A stretch of 64,000 nt of DNA from the NCBI RefSeq assembly GCF_006345805.1, contig NC_042998.1:76260001-76324000 (forward strand), in the 5' to 3' direction. Position numbers and translations under genes: made by a program. The DNA comes from Octopus sinensis. Its lineage: Eukaryota. Positions 26,260 through 38,655 of the stretch are shown piece by piece; the stretch's first letter is position 1; each line of letters starts with the position of its first letter. The notes beneath the pieces were generated by a model. The model saw only the letters and a list, made by a program, of their open reading frames with translations, searched no databases and had not been told where the DNA came from.

Positions 26260-26511
26260 CAATATTCAATTTTTGGGGTTTAATCGATATGCAGGTATTC
26301 TATTTCAGATAATAGAAAAATACCCTAATGAATACATCTAACAGTAAACTCATGATATCAGTTTGCACATCATGAAATATCACTTAAATGATTATTTTGT
26401 GATGGGCAAACTGATACCATGAGTTGACTGTCAGATATACTCATTAGGTTATTTTTGTATTATCTGAAATAGAATACCTGCATATCAATTAATCCCCAAA
26501 ATTGAATATTG
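26260..26511. repeat. Almost fully palindromic 252-bp element (MITE-like)
   Basis: ~118-bp imperfect inverted arms beginning CAATATTCAATTTT; abuts a truncated SINE. Confidence 0.8.
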
Positions 26512-26945
26512 ACTTTTATCAGATAATTTGTATATATATAAATATATAAATATACGATAAATAAGACACCAGAGTATGATATGTAGATGCATATATCGCT
26601 GTAGGGTTACACCTGATTGATTTGGAAATTTGTTTTTCCAAATTATTTACACACACACACACACATGTGTATGTATATATATATACATACACATATATAT
26701 GTATATATATATATATATACATACACATATACATATATATGTATATATACATACATCATCATCATCGTTTAGCGTCCGTTTTCCATGCTAGCATATACAT
26801 ATATAAGTATATATATATACATACACATATACATATGTATATATATATATATATACACACACACATATAAATATATATATATATATATACATAAATATAT
26901 ATGTATATATATATAGGAAAAAAGCAACAAGAATGGATTAAAATA

Positions 26946-27029
26946 TCGGTACAATTGTTTCGTACGAGGACATCTTTAATAAGCTACAAAAAATGCAGTA
27001 AATATAGATGGCTCGTACTCGTCAGCCGA
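26946..27029 (-). ncRNA. Type I hammerhead ribozyme motif, intact core
   Basis: Minus strand reads UCGG CUGACGA GUACGAG [43 nt] CUCGUAC GAAAC AAUU GUA/CCGA. Stem I is 4 bp and stem II is 7 bp. Stem III lies in the palindrome ACAAUUGU. The GUA cleavage site falls between 26950 and 26949. Confidence 0.85.
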
Positions 27030-28267
27030 AAAAACATAAGAGATTCCCAAACATCAAAAGGGGTAGATACAAATGAGGGTGTAAGTTTAACTGCATTGAA
27101 GAAAGTTCGATTCCTGGAGATCCGATGAAAGGTCTTGAACTTACAGAATTTGTGCATGTCCATATATAGCTCATAGTGAATTGTTAATCAAGTTATGTGA
27201 AGAAATTTTGGATACAGTCATGCGAAATTTCTGAGAATCCGAGTAAGAAGCAAAGTGACTGTCATATCGTGTAGAGGAACAAATTGTTATTGAAATTTAC
27301 AAGAATCACAGATAAGTTCGATTCCTGGAGATCTGATGAAAGGTCTTGAACTTACAGAATATGTGCATGTCCATATAGTTCATAGTGAATTATTAATCAA
27401 GTTATGTGAAGAATTTTTGGGTACAATCGTGCGAAATTTCAGGGAATCAGAGTGAGAAGCAAAGTGACAATCTTATTCTGTAGAGGAACAGATTGTTATT
27501 GAAATTTTTTTACACATATACATACACACATACATACTTACGCGCATACTCGCAGGCGCGCGCACACACGCGCTTGCGCTGGTTCGCGCACGCATACGCG
27601 CTGCATGCACCTCGCTCTTGGACCCGACGAGACCTCCCGCTCGTTCCTGGGACCGTCGCTTGTCGTTGGGTTTTCCCGCGCCCGTCTCCGCGGGACCACT
27701 CTTCCATCTTCCCCTCAGCTGGAGTCCTTTTTCCTTAAACCCCCCCCTTTTTTGTTACACACACGCGCACACATATACACACATTGCTTAAATATATACA
27801 TTACTCTTACACACATTCAATCTACTCGCCATTAATACTACCACGACACTGGACACACACACACACTACTACTCAACACACGCTGGCACGCTACATACGC
27901 CCCCACCCCTTCCTCCTTCCTTCTTTTTCTTACTACTGACCACTGTCTGCTATGCCTACTACTGTCTTGCCCTACCTCACACGCCTACACACAGACGCAC
28001 ACACTAACACATACATATATTTTTTGTTTTTTTATCTCGCCTCACACACACACATACACACATGCACACGCACACACTCACACATACACACACATCTGTT
28101 GCGTTACCAACCTTGTCTCCACTCTTTTGGCTTTAAAAACCTACTTTGCTCTTGTTATCGTAAACTTCCGCCTTTCACAATGTGTAACTCGTAAACACCA
28201 GTCGTTTTTTTCTCTATCTCCTGTTGCCCGCTTTGGGATCTTTCTTTCCTCTCTCTTCCTTCTTTAT

Positions 28268-28302
28268 GTTTCCGACGAAGAGCTCTGCTCGAAACGTCAT
28301 AC
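28268..28302 (+). ncRNA. Minimal variant hammerhead-like motif (Penelope-type)
   Basis: GUUU CCGACGA A GAGC ucu GCUC GAAAC GUC AUAC. U4 is replaced by C, there is an extra A after A9, stem III is the palindrome ACGU, and stem I has 3 of 4 pairs. Confidence 0.5.
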
Positions 28303-28499
28303 CTTCCTGCTTCCATTTCCTGAGCGCCTATTAATAATAATACTGTAATTGTTCCATTGTTGTTGTTTTTTTTGTTTTCCCGTTTGGATTAAAATTACAT
28401 AAATATATATGTATATATATATAATATACATAAATATATATGTATATATATATATATATACATAAATATATATGTATATATATATATATATACATAATA

Positions 28500-28541
<42 letters not shown>

Positions 28542-28542
<1 letters not shown>

Positions 28543-28919
28543 TAGCAGTATCGCCCGGCGTTGCTCAGGTTTGTAAGGGAAATAACTATAAAGCATTTTT
28601 AGAGAATTATAGCCAAAAAATAGCAAAAAGATGGAAAAAAATGGTAAATTTTTTTTTTAGTTAAAAAAGGTGGAGTTGCGTCCCCTAGACAGTTTGCGGT
28701 TTGTGTTTCTGATTCTCGACCCCATGTCGAATTTATCGATTTTTTTCAGAACTGGGGGAACTTTTCAAAATTTTCGCTGCGTTAGTTTTGAATTATGACA
28801 TTGGGCTATGTGTGTGTCAAGTTTCATCAGAATCGGTTGAAAGCCGTGGTCAGGGTGAGGGTACAAGAAAACAGACACACAGAAACACGCACAGACAAAC
28901 TGCCGTTTATATATAGAGA
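28542..28919 (-). mobile_element. Complete non-autonomous Helitron
   Basis: Minus strand reads A|TC... subterminal hairpin (CCTG..CGGG variant) ...CTAG|T, inserted in (TA)n. Confidence 0.82.
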
Positions 28920-29212
28920 TATATATATATATAATATATATACATAAATATATATGTATACATATATATATACATAAATATATATGTATATATATATATA
29001 CATAAATATATGTATATATATATATACATAAATATATATGTATATATATATATATACATAAATATATATGTATTATATATATATACATAAATATTATGTA
29101 TATATATATATATACATAAATATATATGTATATATATATATATACATAAATATATATGTGTATATATATATATATATATATACATAAATATATATGTATA
29201 TATATATATAAA

Positions 29213-29268
<56 letters not shown>

Positions 29269-29280
29269 ATATATATGTAA

Positions 29281-29314
<34 letters not shown>

Positions 29315-29317
29315 GTG

Positions 29318-29348
<31 letters not shown>

Positions 29349-29431
29349 TATATATATGTATATATATATATAATATATATATATATATATAATATATATG
29401 TATTATATATATATATATATATAAATATATG

Positions 29432-29462
<31 letters not shown>

Positions 29463-29500
29463 ATATATATGTAATATATATATATATATATACACATCAT
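28920..29500. repeat. (TA)n / (TATATACATAAA)-type compound microsatellite
   Basis: Direct reading. Similar tracts occur at ~18200, 26650-26915, 28400-28540, 47100, 49360, 54730, 55440 and 62620. Confidence 0.95.
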
Positions 29501-29574
29501 CATCATCAATTAACGTCCGTTTTCCATGCTAGCACGGGTTGATACATAAATATTTACATATATATCTCTGGCAA

Positions 29575-30097
29575 GCCAAACGAAACCATAATCTCATGGC
29601 CTATGCCAGGGGCATAGCCAGCCCACTTATGTGTACCTTTTCCTTCTTTGGACACCAAAACTTTGCTTGCGAAGACCTGTTGAGGCAAATGAAATCAAAA
29701 TCAATGACTGGCGTCTGTGCTAGCAGGGTCCAAAGAGCACCATATGGGTGTGATTGTTGACAGAGTGGCTAACCGGCTTCCGTGCCAGTGGCACATAAAA
29801 GGCACCATTCAAGTGTGATTGTTACCAGCATTGCCTTACTGGCACCTGTGCCGGTGGCATGTGTAAAAGATTCGAGTGAGGTCATTGCCAGTACTGCCTG
29901 ACTGGCCCCGTGCAGGTGACACGTAAAAGCACCCACTACACTCTCGGAGTGGTTGGCGTTAGGAAGGGCATCCAGCTGTAGAAACTGTGCCAAATCAAGA
30001 TTGAAGCCTGGTGCAGCCATTTGGTTTGCCAGCCCTCAATCAAATCGTCCAACCCATGCTAGCATAGAAAGCGGATGTTAAACGATGATGATGATGA

Positions 30098-30100
<3 letters not shown>
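29575..30100 (+). mobile_element. RTE 3' UTR/tail
   Basis: Family tail ending in (GAT)n then (TA)n. Confidence 0.85.
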
Positions 30101-30149
<49 letters not shown>

Positions 30150-30150
<1 letters not shown>

Positions 30151-30532
30151 TATTGTTGTCATTCTGTCGGTTATTACGAGTGTTGCAGTCGATCCGATCA
30201 ACAGAACAGCCTGCTTGTGAAATTAACATGCATGTGGCTGAGCACTCCACAAACATGTGTACACTTAACGTAGTTCTTGGGGAGATACAGCGTGACACAG
30301 AGTGTGACAAGGCTGGCCCTTTGAAATACAGGTACAATGGAAAGAGAAAGAAAGAGTAAGAGAAAGTTGTGGTGAAAGAGTATAGCAGGGTTCACCACCA
30401 TCCCCTGCCAGAGCCTCATAGAGCTTTAGGTGTTTTTGCTCAATAAACACTCCCAACACCCGGTCTGGGAATCAAAACTGCGATCCTAAGACCATGAGTC
30501 TGCAACCCTAACCACTGGGCCATTGTGCCTCC
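30150..30532 (-). mobile_element. tRNA-derived SINE, family C
   Basis: Head GTGGAGGCACAATGGCCCAGTGGTTAGGG..TTTGATTCCC on the minus strand. Confidence 0.75.
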
Positions 30533-30574
30533 ACAATATACATACACACACACACACATATATATATATATACA

Positions 30575-31070
30575 TCATCATCATCATCATTGTTTAACGT
30601 CCGTCTTCCGCGCTAGCACGGGTTGGACGGTTCGACCAGGGTCTGGGAAGCCAGGGGCTGCACCAGGCTCCAGTCTGATCTGGCAGAGTTTCTACAGCTG
30701 GATGCCCTTGCTAATGCCAACCACTCCGCGAGTGTAGTGGGTGCTTTTTACATGCCACCTGCACAGATGCCAGGGGGGCCCAGCATCGGCCACGATCGGT
30801 TGGAGCTTTTAACGTGCCACCGGCACAGAAGCCAGTCGAGGCGGCGCTGGCAACGTCCACGTACGGATGGTGCTTTTTATGTGCCACCGGCACAGGTATC
30901 ACAACTACTATTTCCATTGATATTTATTTCGATGTTCATGTACTTGACTCAACAGGTCTCCTCAAGCACAGTGGGACGTTCTGGGATCCAGGGTACTTTG
31001 AATGGGCAGGGGGTTATGTGGAACTGGTGCAGGAAGCAGCCCGGGTCTTTGCAGTCACAGCATATATATA
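30575..31070 (-). mobile_element. RTE 3' UTR/tail
   Basis: Reverse complement of the family tail, beginning with (CAT)n. Confidence 0.85.
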
Positions 31071-32661
31071 TATATATCATTGTCATCATCATCGTTTAAC
31101 GTCTATCTTCCATGCTAGCATGGATGAGAAAATATATATACATACATATTAAAATTAACCATCCCTGACCTAGTCTACAACCAAATATCTTTTGCATTGT
31201 GAAGACTGGTGCTCCCAATCCAAGACATATAGCTCCAATGAACCACAAAAAAAAAGTTCCCAGTTTTGATCTGGGCGATTTCATTCCATTCTTTTTTTTT
31301 TTTTTGACAGCCATATGTAACGATAAAGTTTTTAGTTGTAGTTGATGGTCACCAGTTTTAATGGTTGGGTATTATTTTCGTGTAGTTACCAATTGTAAAA
31401 GGTAAAATTGACTAGTAAGCAATAATATGAAAGGTCAGAGTCAGCAGTTGTAACGATAAAATTTGTTGTTATAATTGCATACTGTAGTATGTGAAAGATG
31501 AACAATGCATGAAGTTTTAAGAAAGTATTTATTTACTGTTACGTTGAAAAATACCATACCTCGACGGGCAGGTTATAACATCCGAGAGCGTACAAAAGAA
31601 AGTTAGATGCAGTAGAATTTTTTTTGCATAGTTTGGCGTACACAAATTGTTAGTACTAATCCACTGATAGCAATAGATGATGTTGTAAGAGAACAGAATT
31701 AGAGCTAGTGAAAGGTGTAGGTTTGTGGGACGTTGTCTCACAGCTGCTGACAGTAAACTTCATTTCTCCTTCTGACCAAGGTTGGTCAGCCAGACTTAGT
31801 TGTCACCAAAGTCACTAACTCGTTGAGTCGTCACCGACTGATTTTTGCTTGAGGTGTTCTTGCTTTTATAACTATCCAGAAGGATAGATATATCATCAAG
31901 AACAATAGATTTAGTTGGTGGTCTTATTATCCCTATTCTAGCTTTTGGTGAATTGGTGAAGACATTATTTCAGCCAAGCTAAAGGCAATCTGGCAAATGT
32001 CAAACTGCTGCCACAGAAAAACCATTGTTCCACTATGGGAAAAGTTCTGTTGCCGTGTTAATTTAGATTTGGCTATAGTGGATCAAATCCACTTCATGCT
32101 TGCAAGATTCACTACACATATAACCTTCTTGCTGGATGTGACTCTTTTAGGTCTCCAGTAGCAAAGAACCCACATCATAGTATTCCTTTAAACCTTTTCT
32201 GATGATTGCTAGAATTACCTTAATATCTTGGTATGAAACTGACTGGTAAAGTGGCTGACATGAGAATATTGCATTTTATTAATTATAATTAACCAATATA
32301 TGAGTGTCTGTAGCCCCCCAATTCTTCGGACTTATCGATATTAAGGCAATTACACACACATAATATGTTAACCTAACAGTTTAGAACGGTGGATTGGCAG
32401 AAAAGTTAGAGCGTTGGACAAAAGGCCTTGCGGGATTTTTTAACGCTCTGGTTTCAAATGCTGACATGGTTAATTTAATTTTTTATCTTTATCGACTAAA
32501 TCTCTCCCCTCAAAGCTGTGCCTAAATCAGAAGCCATTAAAGTGACCCCGTTATATCAACACAGGACAACAAATATTGAATCCAGTATATGCTTCATGTA
32601 CAGGACGTGTAGAACATGTTTTGAATTAATGTACTATTTAAAATATTATGTAATTACCTCA

Positions 32662-33001
32662 GGATCTTTTCCTTTTGAACGGCAGTTTTCAACACAATTT
32701 CTAGTTAACTAAACACTTTTAAACTTCGGATACTGGAAGAATGTGTCAAAATAAAACGTTTTTTTTTCTCTTGGCTTTCTTGAGAAAATTGTAATTTGTA
32801 AGTTTATAGCTCAATAGAGGCCATAGGATTGGATAACATTCGAAAAATTAAACTACGTTAAACTTACAAATTACAATTTTCTCAAGAAAACCAAGAGAAA
32901 AAAATGTTTTATTTTGACACATTCTACCAGTATACGAAGTTTAAAAGTGTTTAGTTAACTAGAAAGTGTGTTGAAAACTGCCGTTCAAAAGGAAAAGATC
33001 C
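32662..33001. mobile_element. Merlin-like MITE with ~145-bp TIRs
   Basis: GGATCTTTT...AAAAGATCC termini with long inverted arms and a ~50-bp spacer. The 8-mer TTACCTCA lies immediately left and 4 nt beyond the right end. Confidence 0.7.
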
Positions 33002-35090
33002 TTCCTTACCTCAACTATAATTTATGGTATTCAAATAATAAGTGTCATAATTTTGACTTTTTCCATCCACCTCATGTATTTATTCGTGCATAATTAAATA
33101 CAAAACATCGATCAAAACTGAGTTGGGCGTAGCATTTATAGTTGAGTGTGAAATAAAAAGTAAGATAAAATATATTGTTGATTTTTAGGTACAAAAGTGG
33201 GTAGTAATCACTTTTTCGCGATAGCATTGTACGCTAGTAAATACGGCAAGACAACCTATAGATGTTGACTGCTCTATTTCGTAGGTATTTCATTTCAATT
33301 TCTAATCATATTTTGGAATTTTCCTCTTACTAAGAAAAGAAACTTCGCTGCTTTGTCATTATTAAATTATTTTTATATAACGAAGCTTCTCGAATGTTTG
33401 ATATAAATTTCTTTATAACCTTCGGGGAATTTTCAGTTTCATTTTAAACCGACCAATAATTTGTTGACACATTTAGTTTCTGTTTCTGTGGAAGTGCTTA
33501 CATTTGTCTACTTCCCACAATTGAGCTTATTACATGTTGTGCTTCTAATACGATACGATTATTTTGACAAACACTCATTTACATCACATAGGATACATTA
33601 GTCCCCAATAATTTCCGAGGAGAAAAGAAAGAATAAAAGCAGAAAAACAAAAGATATAAAAACGGGTGTGAAATAAAAGAACCTTAAAACAATGGCAGAG
33701 AGGTTTGAAAAACTGTTTAACTCAATAAATCCTCTGTGTGTTGGATACATAGAGGCTACACATCTACTACCATACATGCCTTTTATGAGATGTAAGTTGA
33801 TTATTTTACCATTTTATTTGCCATTAATTCTGTTGATATTATTTCTTGTTTAATACGTTTGACACATCGGATTTTCGCTTATGTTCGTCTGTCAACTTCC
33901 TGCTTAGTAACATTTAAAATGAATAGAACAGAGTAAAATCATTTACTTTTCCTTGTTTGCTGAACTGTACTTCGTGTATATTTTGTATAGCTTGGTTGTG
34001 TTGGTTTACATATTGTATGTGCTTAGTTTTGTTATTTTTCTCATGATTTGTGTAATCAGTAGAACTCAAAATACGTAATAGATTAATATGAGAAAATACT
34101 ATTTTACTATTCATTACGTAAAGATATTTTGGCATAACTACAGATCTTTACCCCAACCCGACTTTGTTGCCTCATAATTTCCAGAAAAATGAATACTTTT
34201 TAACGAAATTTTGAACAAATACCGCTTAGATGCTTTAGATTTAGAGTATATAGGGATTTATGAGAAATAATTTTTCCGAGATGGTAGTTCAAACTTTTAC
34301 CCGCACCTCAGTGAAGTGAGGCCGTGTGCGTGTGTGTGTAAGAAAAGTATGCTATTAAAATGAATTACTTTTTACATTAAAAAAAAAAAAAAAAGTTTTG
34401 GGATAAATACCAGCAATGACCTCAGGCACTCCTTTTAACGGAGGAGGGGAGTGGAGTTGAAAAAAAAAAAAATCAAAATTTCAAATCTGTTTTTATAGCA
34501 TAAATGTTTTTATGGGAAGAAAAAATATCGCAAAACATCGGATACATGCGATTGAGATAGAAACGAGGTTTGTCTTGGGATATGCAAGAAACAACAGCCA
34601 AATCTCCCTTAGATTACACACTTTTTCCTTTGAAAATATTTACAATTTTTTTTAACCGAAAAGGGCTCCTCCCATGGTTTTAAGGGCAAAAAATTGGCCA
34701 AAATCGGTTCGAAGTAGGATGGTGAAGGGGCGGGATACAACTTTTTATTAAGCATAAGTTTCGGAAAAATCTTTTAAAATGTTTCTTACGTAAAAAACAA
34801 ACAAAACAAAAACCCTCACCTACACTGGCTTAGTATGGGGAAACCCTGTAATCTTAATCGACACACCATGAAAAGTATTTAAAGATGGGGATTTACAATA
34901 CATGTAGAGTTCGACTAAGGGCGAAGAGTTTCGCATGTCGTAGCTCAGATTTCCGTCGATTTCCGTAAAAAACTTTTTTTTTTACATAAGTAATGAGAGC
35001 GAAAGAGACTAAGAGGAAGCGATTTTATGACGAGGTTTCTCTTTGAAGTCGGCCTGTGTGTGTTTGGTGGGGTGTGGGAGACAGACAGTA

Positions 35091-36577
35091 CTACAACCGA
35101 AACTATGCCCGACTAAGTTGTATAAAGATGTGAGGAGGAGCAATGATGTTATACAATAGACGGATTGAAGATTTAATAAAACGAGACGAAGAATAAAAAT
35201 ATTTAAAAAGTACAATAATTAAAATAAGATGTGTTGAATTTTTACTATTTTTACTTTGGTCAGCGGATTTTCGGAATAGCTATTACTACCTCACGGAGAA
35301 AGAAAATGAAAGGAATTAAGTGGGTGTTTCTGCGAAACAGTTTTTAGTTCAAAAAATTAATTTCTTTTTTTGCAAACATTTCCTCGTTCCCCTTTTCGTT
35401 TAATTTTTACTGTTGAACCTGCCTCATGAGCTGGGTGTGATGGTCAAAATACTAGTACTTTATTTTAACTACTCTGGATAGATGAAAACAAACTTGTTTT
35501 AATAATAATAATCCCCTTGGTACTTGTATCGCACTCTGCGATACAAGTACCTAATCCCTTCTACTCTAGGCGCAAGACAAAATTTAAGGGAGGGGTTAGT
35601 CAATTACATCCACCCCAGTGCTCAACTAGTACTTATTTCCTAGACCCCGAAAGGATAAAAGGCAAAGTAGACCTCAGCGGAATTTGAACTCAGAACGTAA
35701 AGAGCCGGAATAAATGTCGCAAAGCATTTTGTCCGATGTGCCACAAAAAGCCTAAATTAAAAACTACAGAAGGCAATAAAACAGTAAAACACAGAGGGGT
35801 TTGATCGTGTGCACAGATTTTATAAATACACACATACACACACACACAATGTACATTAATACAAGCGATTCAGAGAATTAAATTAACATTTTTCACGGAA
35901 ATTCCTGAAGATAGACTTTCACTTTCCACGTACGGCTATCGAAATAATTGCCTGTAGTTCGCTAAAATCTGTTTTCTGCGAATATGGATCTGTTTTAAAC
36001 GTAGGAGATTACAATTACGCATTTGTTTTTCTCAAAATATGAATTTTGTAAAATCTCTTTCTCTAGAAGTGAGATGAAAAAAAGAAGACATCAGTTTCAC
36101 TTTGGCAAAAGCGAAACAATTTCGTCATATCTATTATGGGCGTAAATTTTTCGTTTTGGTTTCACTTTTACAAATAGATACTTTTTAGTTGTTGTAGATT
36201 AGAGTTATATCAGAATTGGGCGATCCTTCGTTATTGGTATCGAGAGTGTCAAATGAAAATCAGCTCTTTTTATTCTGTGTTCGGTAATTTCTGGAAAAAA
36301 AAAAAAACCCTAACCTTTTATTGAAAAATGTTGCGTGTGCGCGAGTGTTCAGCTATCTTATGTGTACATGAAACAGTTTCGGCATTACCAGCTTGTGAAA
36401 AAAAGAAGAAAAAAAAGAAAAAGAAAAATTAAAGAAATAAAAATTTTTTCCCGGAAATTGCCGAACACTTACTATTCGGTTTGGCTACCAGCATCACTTA
36501 TGTTCGAATTGATTTCATATTCAGTGTGATGAATGATTGATGTAAAAATAATTTTTGCGGCATAGTTTCGGTTGTAG
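35091..36577. mobile_element. Non-autonomous TIR element 'T' with TA flanks (copy 1)
   Basis: TA|CTACAACCGAAACTATGCC...GGCATAGTTTCGGTTGTAG|TA; 1487 bp; carries a SINE at ~35560-35745. Confidence 0.75.
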
Positions 36578-36727
36578 TAGCACAGATTTCCGTCGATTTC
36601 CGTAAAAAACTTTTTTTTTTACATAAGTAATGAGAGCGAAAGAGACTAAGAGGAAGCGATTTTATGACGAGGTTTCTCTTTGAAGTCGGCCTGTGTGTGT
36701 TTGGTGGGGTGTGGGAGACAGACAGTA

Positions 36728-38214
36728 CTACAACCGAAACTATGCCCGACTAAGTTGTATAAAGATGTGAGGAGGAGCAATGATGTTATACAATAGACGG
36801 ATTGAAGATTTAATAAAACGAGACGAAGAATAAAAATATTTAAAAAGTACAATAATTAAAATAAGATGTGTTGAATTTTTACTATTTTTACTTTGGTCAG
36901 CGGATTTTCGGAATAGCTATTACTACCTCACGGAGAAAGAAAATGAAAGGAATTAAGTGGGTGTTTCTGCGAAACAGTTTTTAGTTCAAAAAATTAATTT
37001 CTTTTTTTGCAAACATTTCCTCGTTCCCCTTTTCGTTTAATTTTTACTGTTGAACCTGCCTCATGAGCTGGGTGTGATGGTCAAAATACTAGTACTTTAT
37101 TTTAACTACTCTGGATAGATGAAAACAAACTTGTTTTAATAATAATAATCCCCTTGGTACTTGTATCGCACTCTGCGATACAAGTACCTAATCCCTTCTA
37201 CTCTAGGCGCAAGACAAAATTTAAGGGAGGGGTTAGTCAATTACATCCACCCCAGTGCTCAACTAGTACTTATTTCCTAGACCCCGAAAGGATAAAAGGC
37301 AAAGTAGACCTCAGCGGAATTTGAACTCAGAACGTAAAGAGCCGGAATAAATGTCGCAAAGCATTTTGTCCGATGTGCCACAAAAAGCCTAAATTAAAAA
37401 CTACAGAAGGCAATAAAACAGTAAAACACAGAGGGGTTTGATCGTGTGCACAGATTTTATAAATACACACATACACACACACACAATGTACATTAATACA
37501 AGCGATTCAGAGAATTAAATTAACATTTTTCACGGAAATTCCTGAAGATAGACTTTCACTTTCCACGTACGGCTATCGAAATAATTGCCTGTAGTTCGCT
37601 AAAATCTGTTTTCTGCGAATATGGATCTGTTTTAAACGTAGGAGATTACAATTACGCATTTGTTTTTCTCAAAATATGAATTTTGTAAAATCTCTTTCTC
37701 TAGAAGTGAGATGAAAAAAAGAAGACATCAGTTTCACTTTGGCAAAAGCGAAACAATTTCGTCATATCTATTATGGGCGTAAATTTTTCGTTTTGGTTTC
37801 ACTTTTACAAATAGATACTTTTTAGTTGTTGTAGATTAGAGTTATATCAGAATTGGGCGATCCTTCGTTATTGGTATCGAGAGTGTCAAATGAAAATCAG
37901 CTCTTTTTATTCTGTGTTCGGTAATTTCTGGAAAAAAAAAAAAACCCTAACCTTTTATTGAAAAATGTTGCGTGTGCGCGAGTGTTCAGCTATCTTATGT
38001 GTACATGAAACAGTTTCGGCATTACCAGCTTGTGAAAAAAAGAAGAAAAAAAAGAAAAAGAAAAATTAAAGAAATAAAAATTTTTTCCCGGAAATTGCCG
38101 AACACTTACTATTCGGTTTGGCTACCAGCATCACTTATGTTCGAATTGATTTCATATTCAGTGTGATGAATGATTGATGTAAAAATAATTTTTGCGGCAT
38201 AGTTTCGGTTGTAG
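36728..38214. mobile_element. Non-autonomous TIR element 'T' (copy 2)
   Basis: Near-identical to 35091-36577 at an offset of 1637. Confidence 0.75.
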
Positions 38215-38624
38215 TAGCACAGATTTCCGTCGATTTCCGTAAAAAACTTTTATTTTTTTACATAAGTAATGAGAGCGAAAGAGACTAAGAGGAAGCGATT
38301 TTACGACGAGAAGGTTTCACTTTGAAATCGGCCTGTGTGCGTTTGATGGGGTGTGGGAGACAGACAGTATGTTGTGTAAGTGAAGTGCTTCTGTTAGTGT
38401 GTGCGAAGAGACAGAGAGAGTAATGTGTGAAAGAGAGAGATAACTGATTTTTTTACTCGGTGTATGTGTATATGTATGTATGCATGTATGTGTGTGTGTG
38501 TGTGTATGTATCTATGTATGTGTGTGTGTTTATGTATGTATGTATGTATGGCCGATTCATCGTAATTTTTTACTCGGTGTATGTGAATATGTATGTCTGC
38601 ATGTATGTGTGTGTGTGTAAGTAC

Positions 38625-38655
<31 letters not shown>

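Larger units (their letters stand above)
26916..28396. mobile_element. Composite segment with hammerhead motifs at both ends, between (TA)n tracts (Penelope-like remnants)
   Basis: Minus-strand hammerhead at the left end and plus-strand variant at the right end. Contains an internal ~210-bp tandem duplication and a GC-rich block near 27540-27730. No RT or GIY-YIG ORF recognised. Confidence 0.45.
34946..38219 (+). repeat. Tandem duplication, 2 x 1637 bp
   Basis: Unit start CAGATTTCCGTCGATTTCC at 34946, 36583 and 38220. Confidence 0.95.

Noticed and set aside
27315-27352. CTGATGA followed by AAGGTCTTGAAC as another hammerhead
   Set aside because: GAAA is absent and no stem I with a valid NUH site can be drawn.
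26519-29392. Many ORFs of YI/IY/HT repeats in the ORF track
   Set aside because: They are translations of (TA)n, (CA)n and (TACA)n microsatellites, not genes. The same applies at 18.1, 38.5-39.2, 41.8 and 45.2 kb.
32195-32255. CTGATGA...GAAAC...GTA as a hammerhead
   Set aside because: No stem II closing pair and only a weak stem I.
31530-32260. Protein-like minus-strand frame (QDIKVILAIIRKGLKEYYDVGSLLLET*...)
   Set aside because: Multiple stops and no recognisable motif; one stop is shared with the homologous segment at 55.4 and 56.2 kb.
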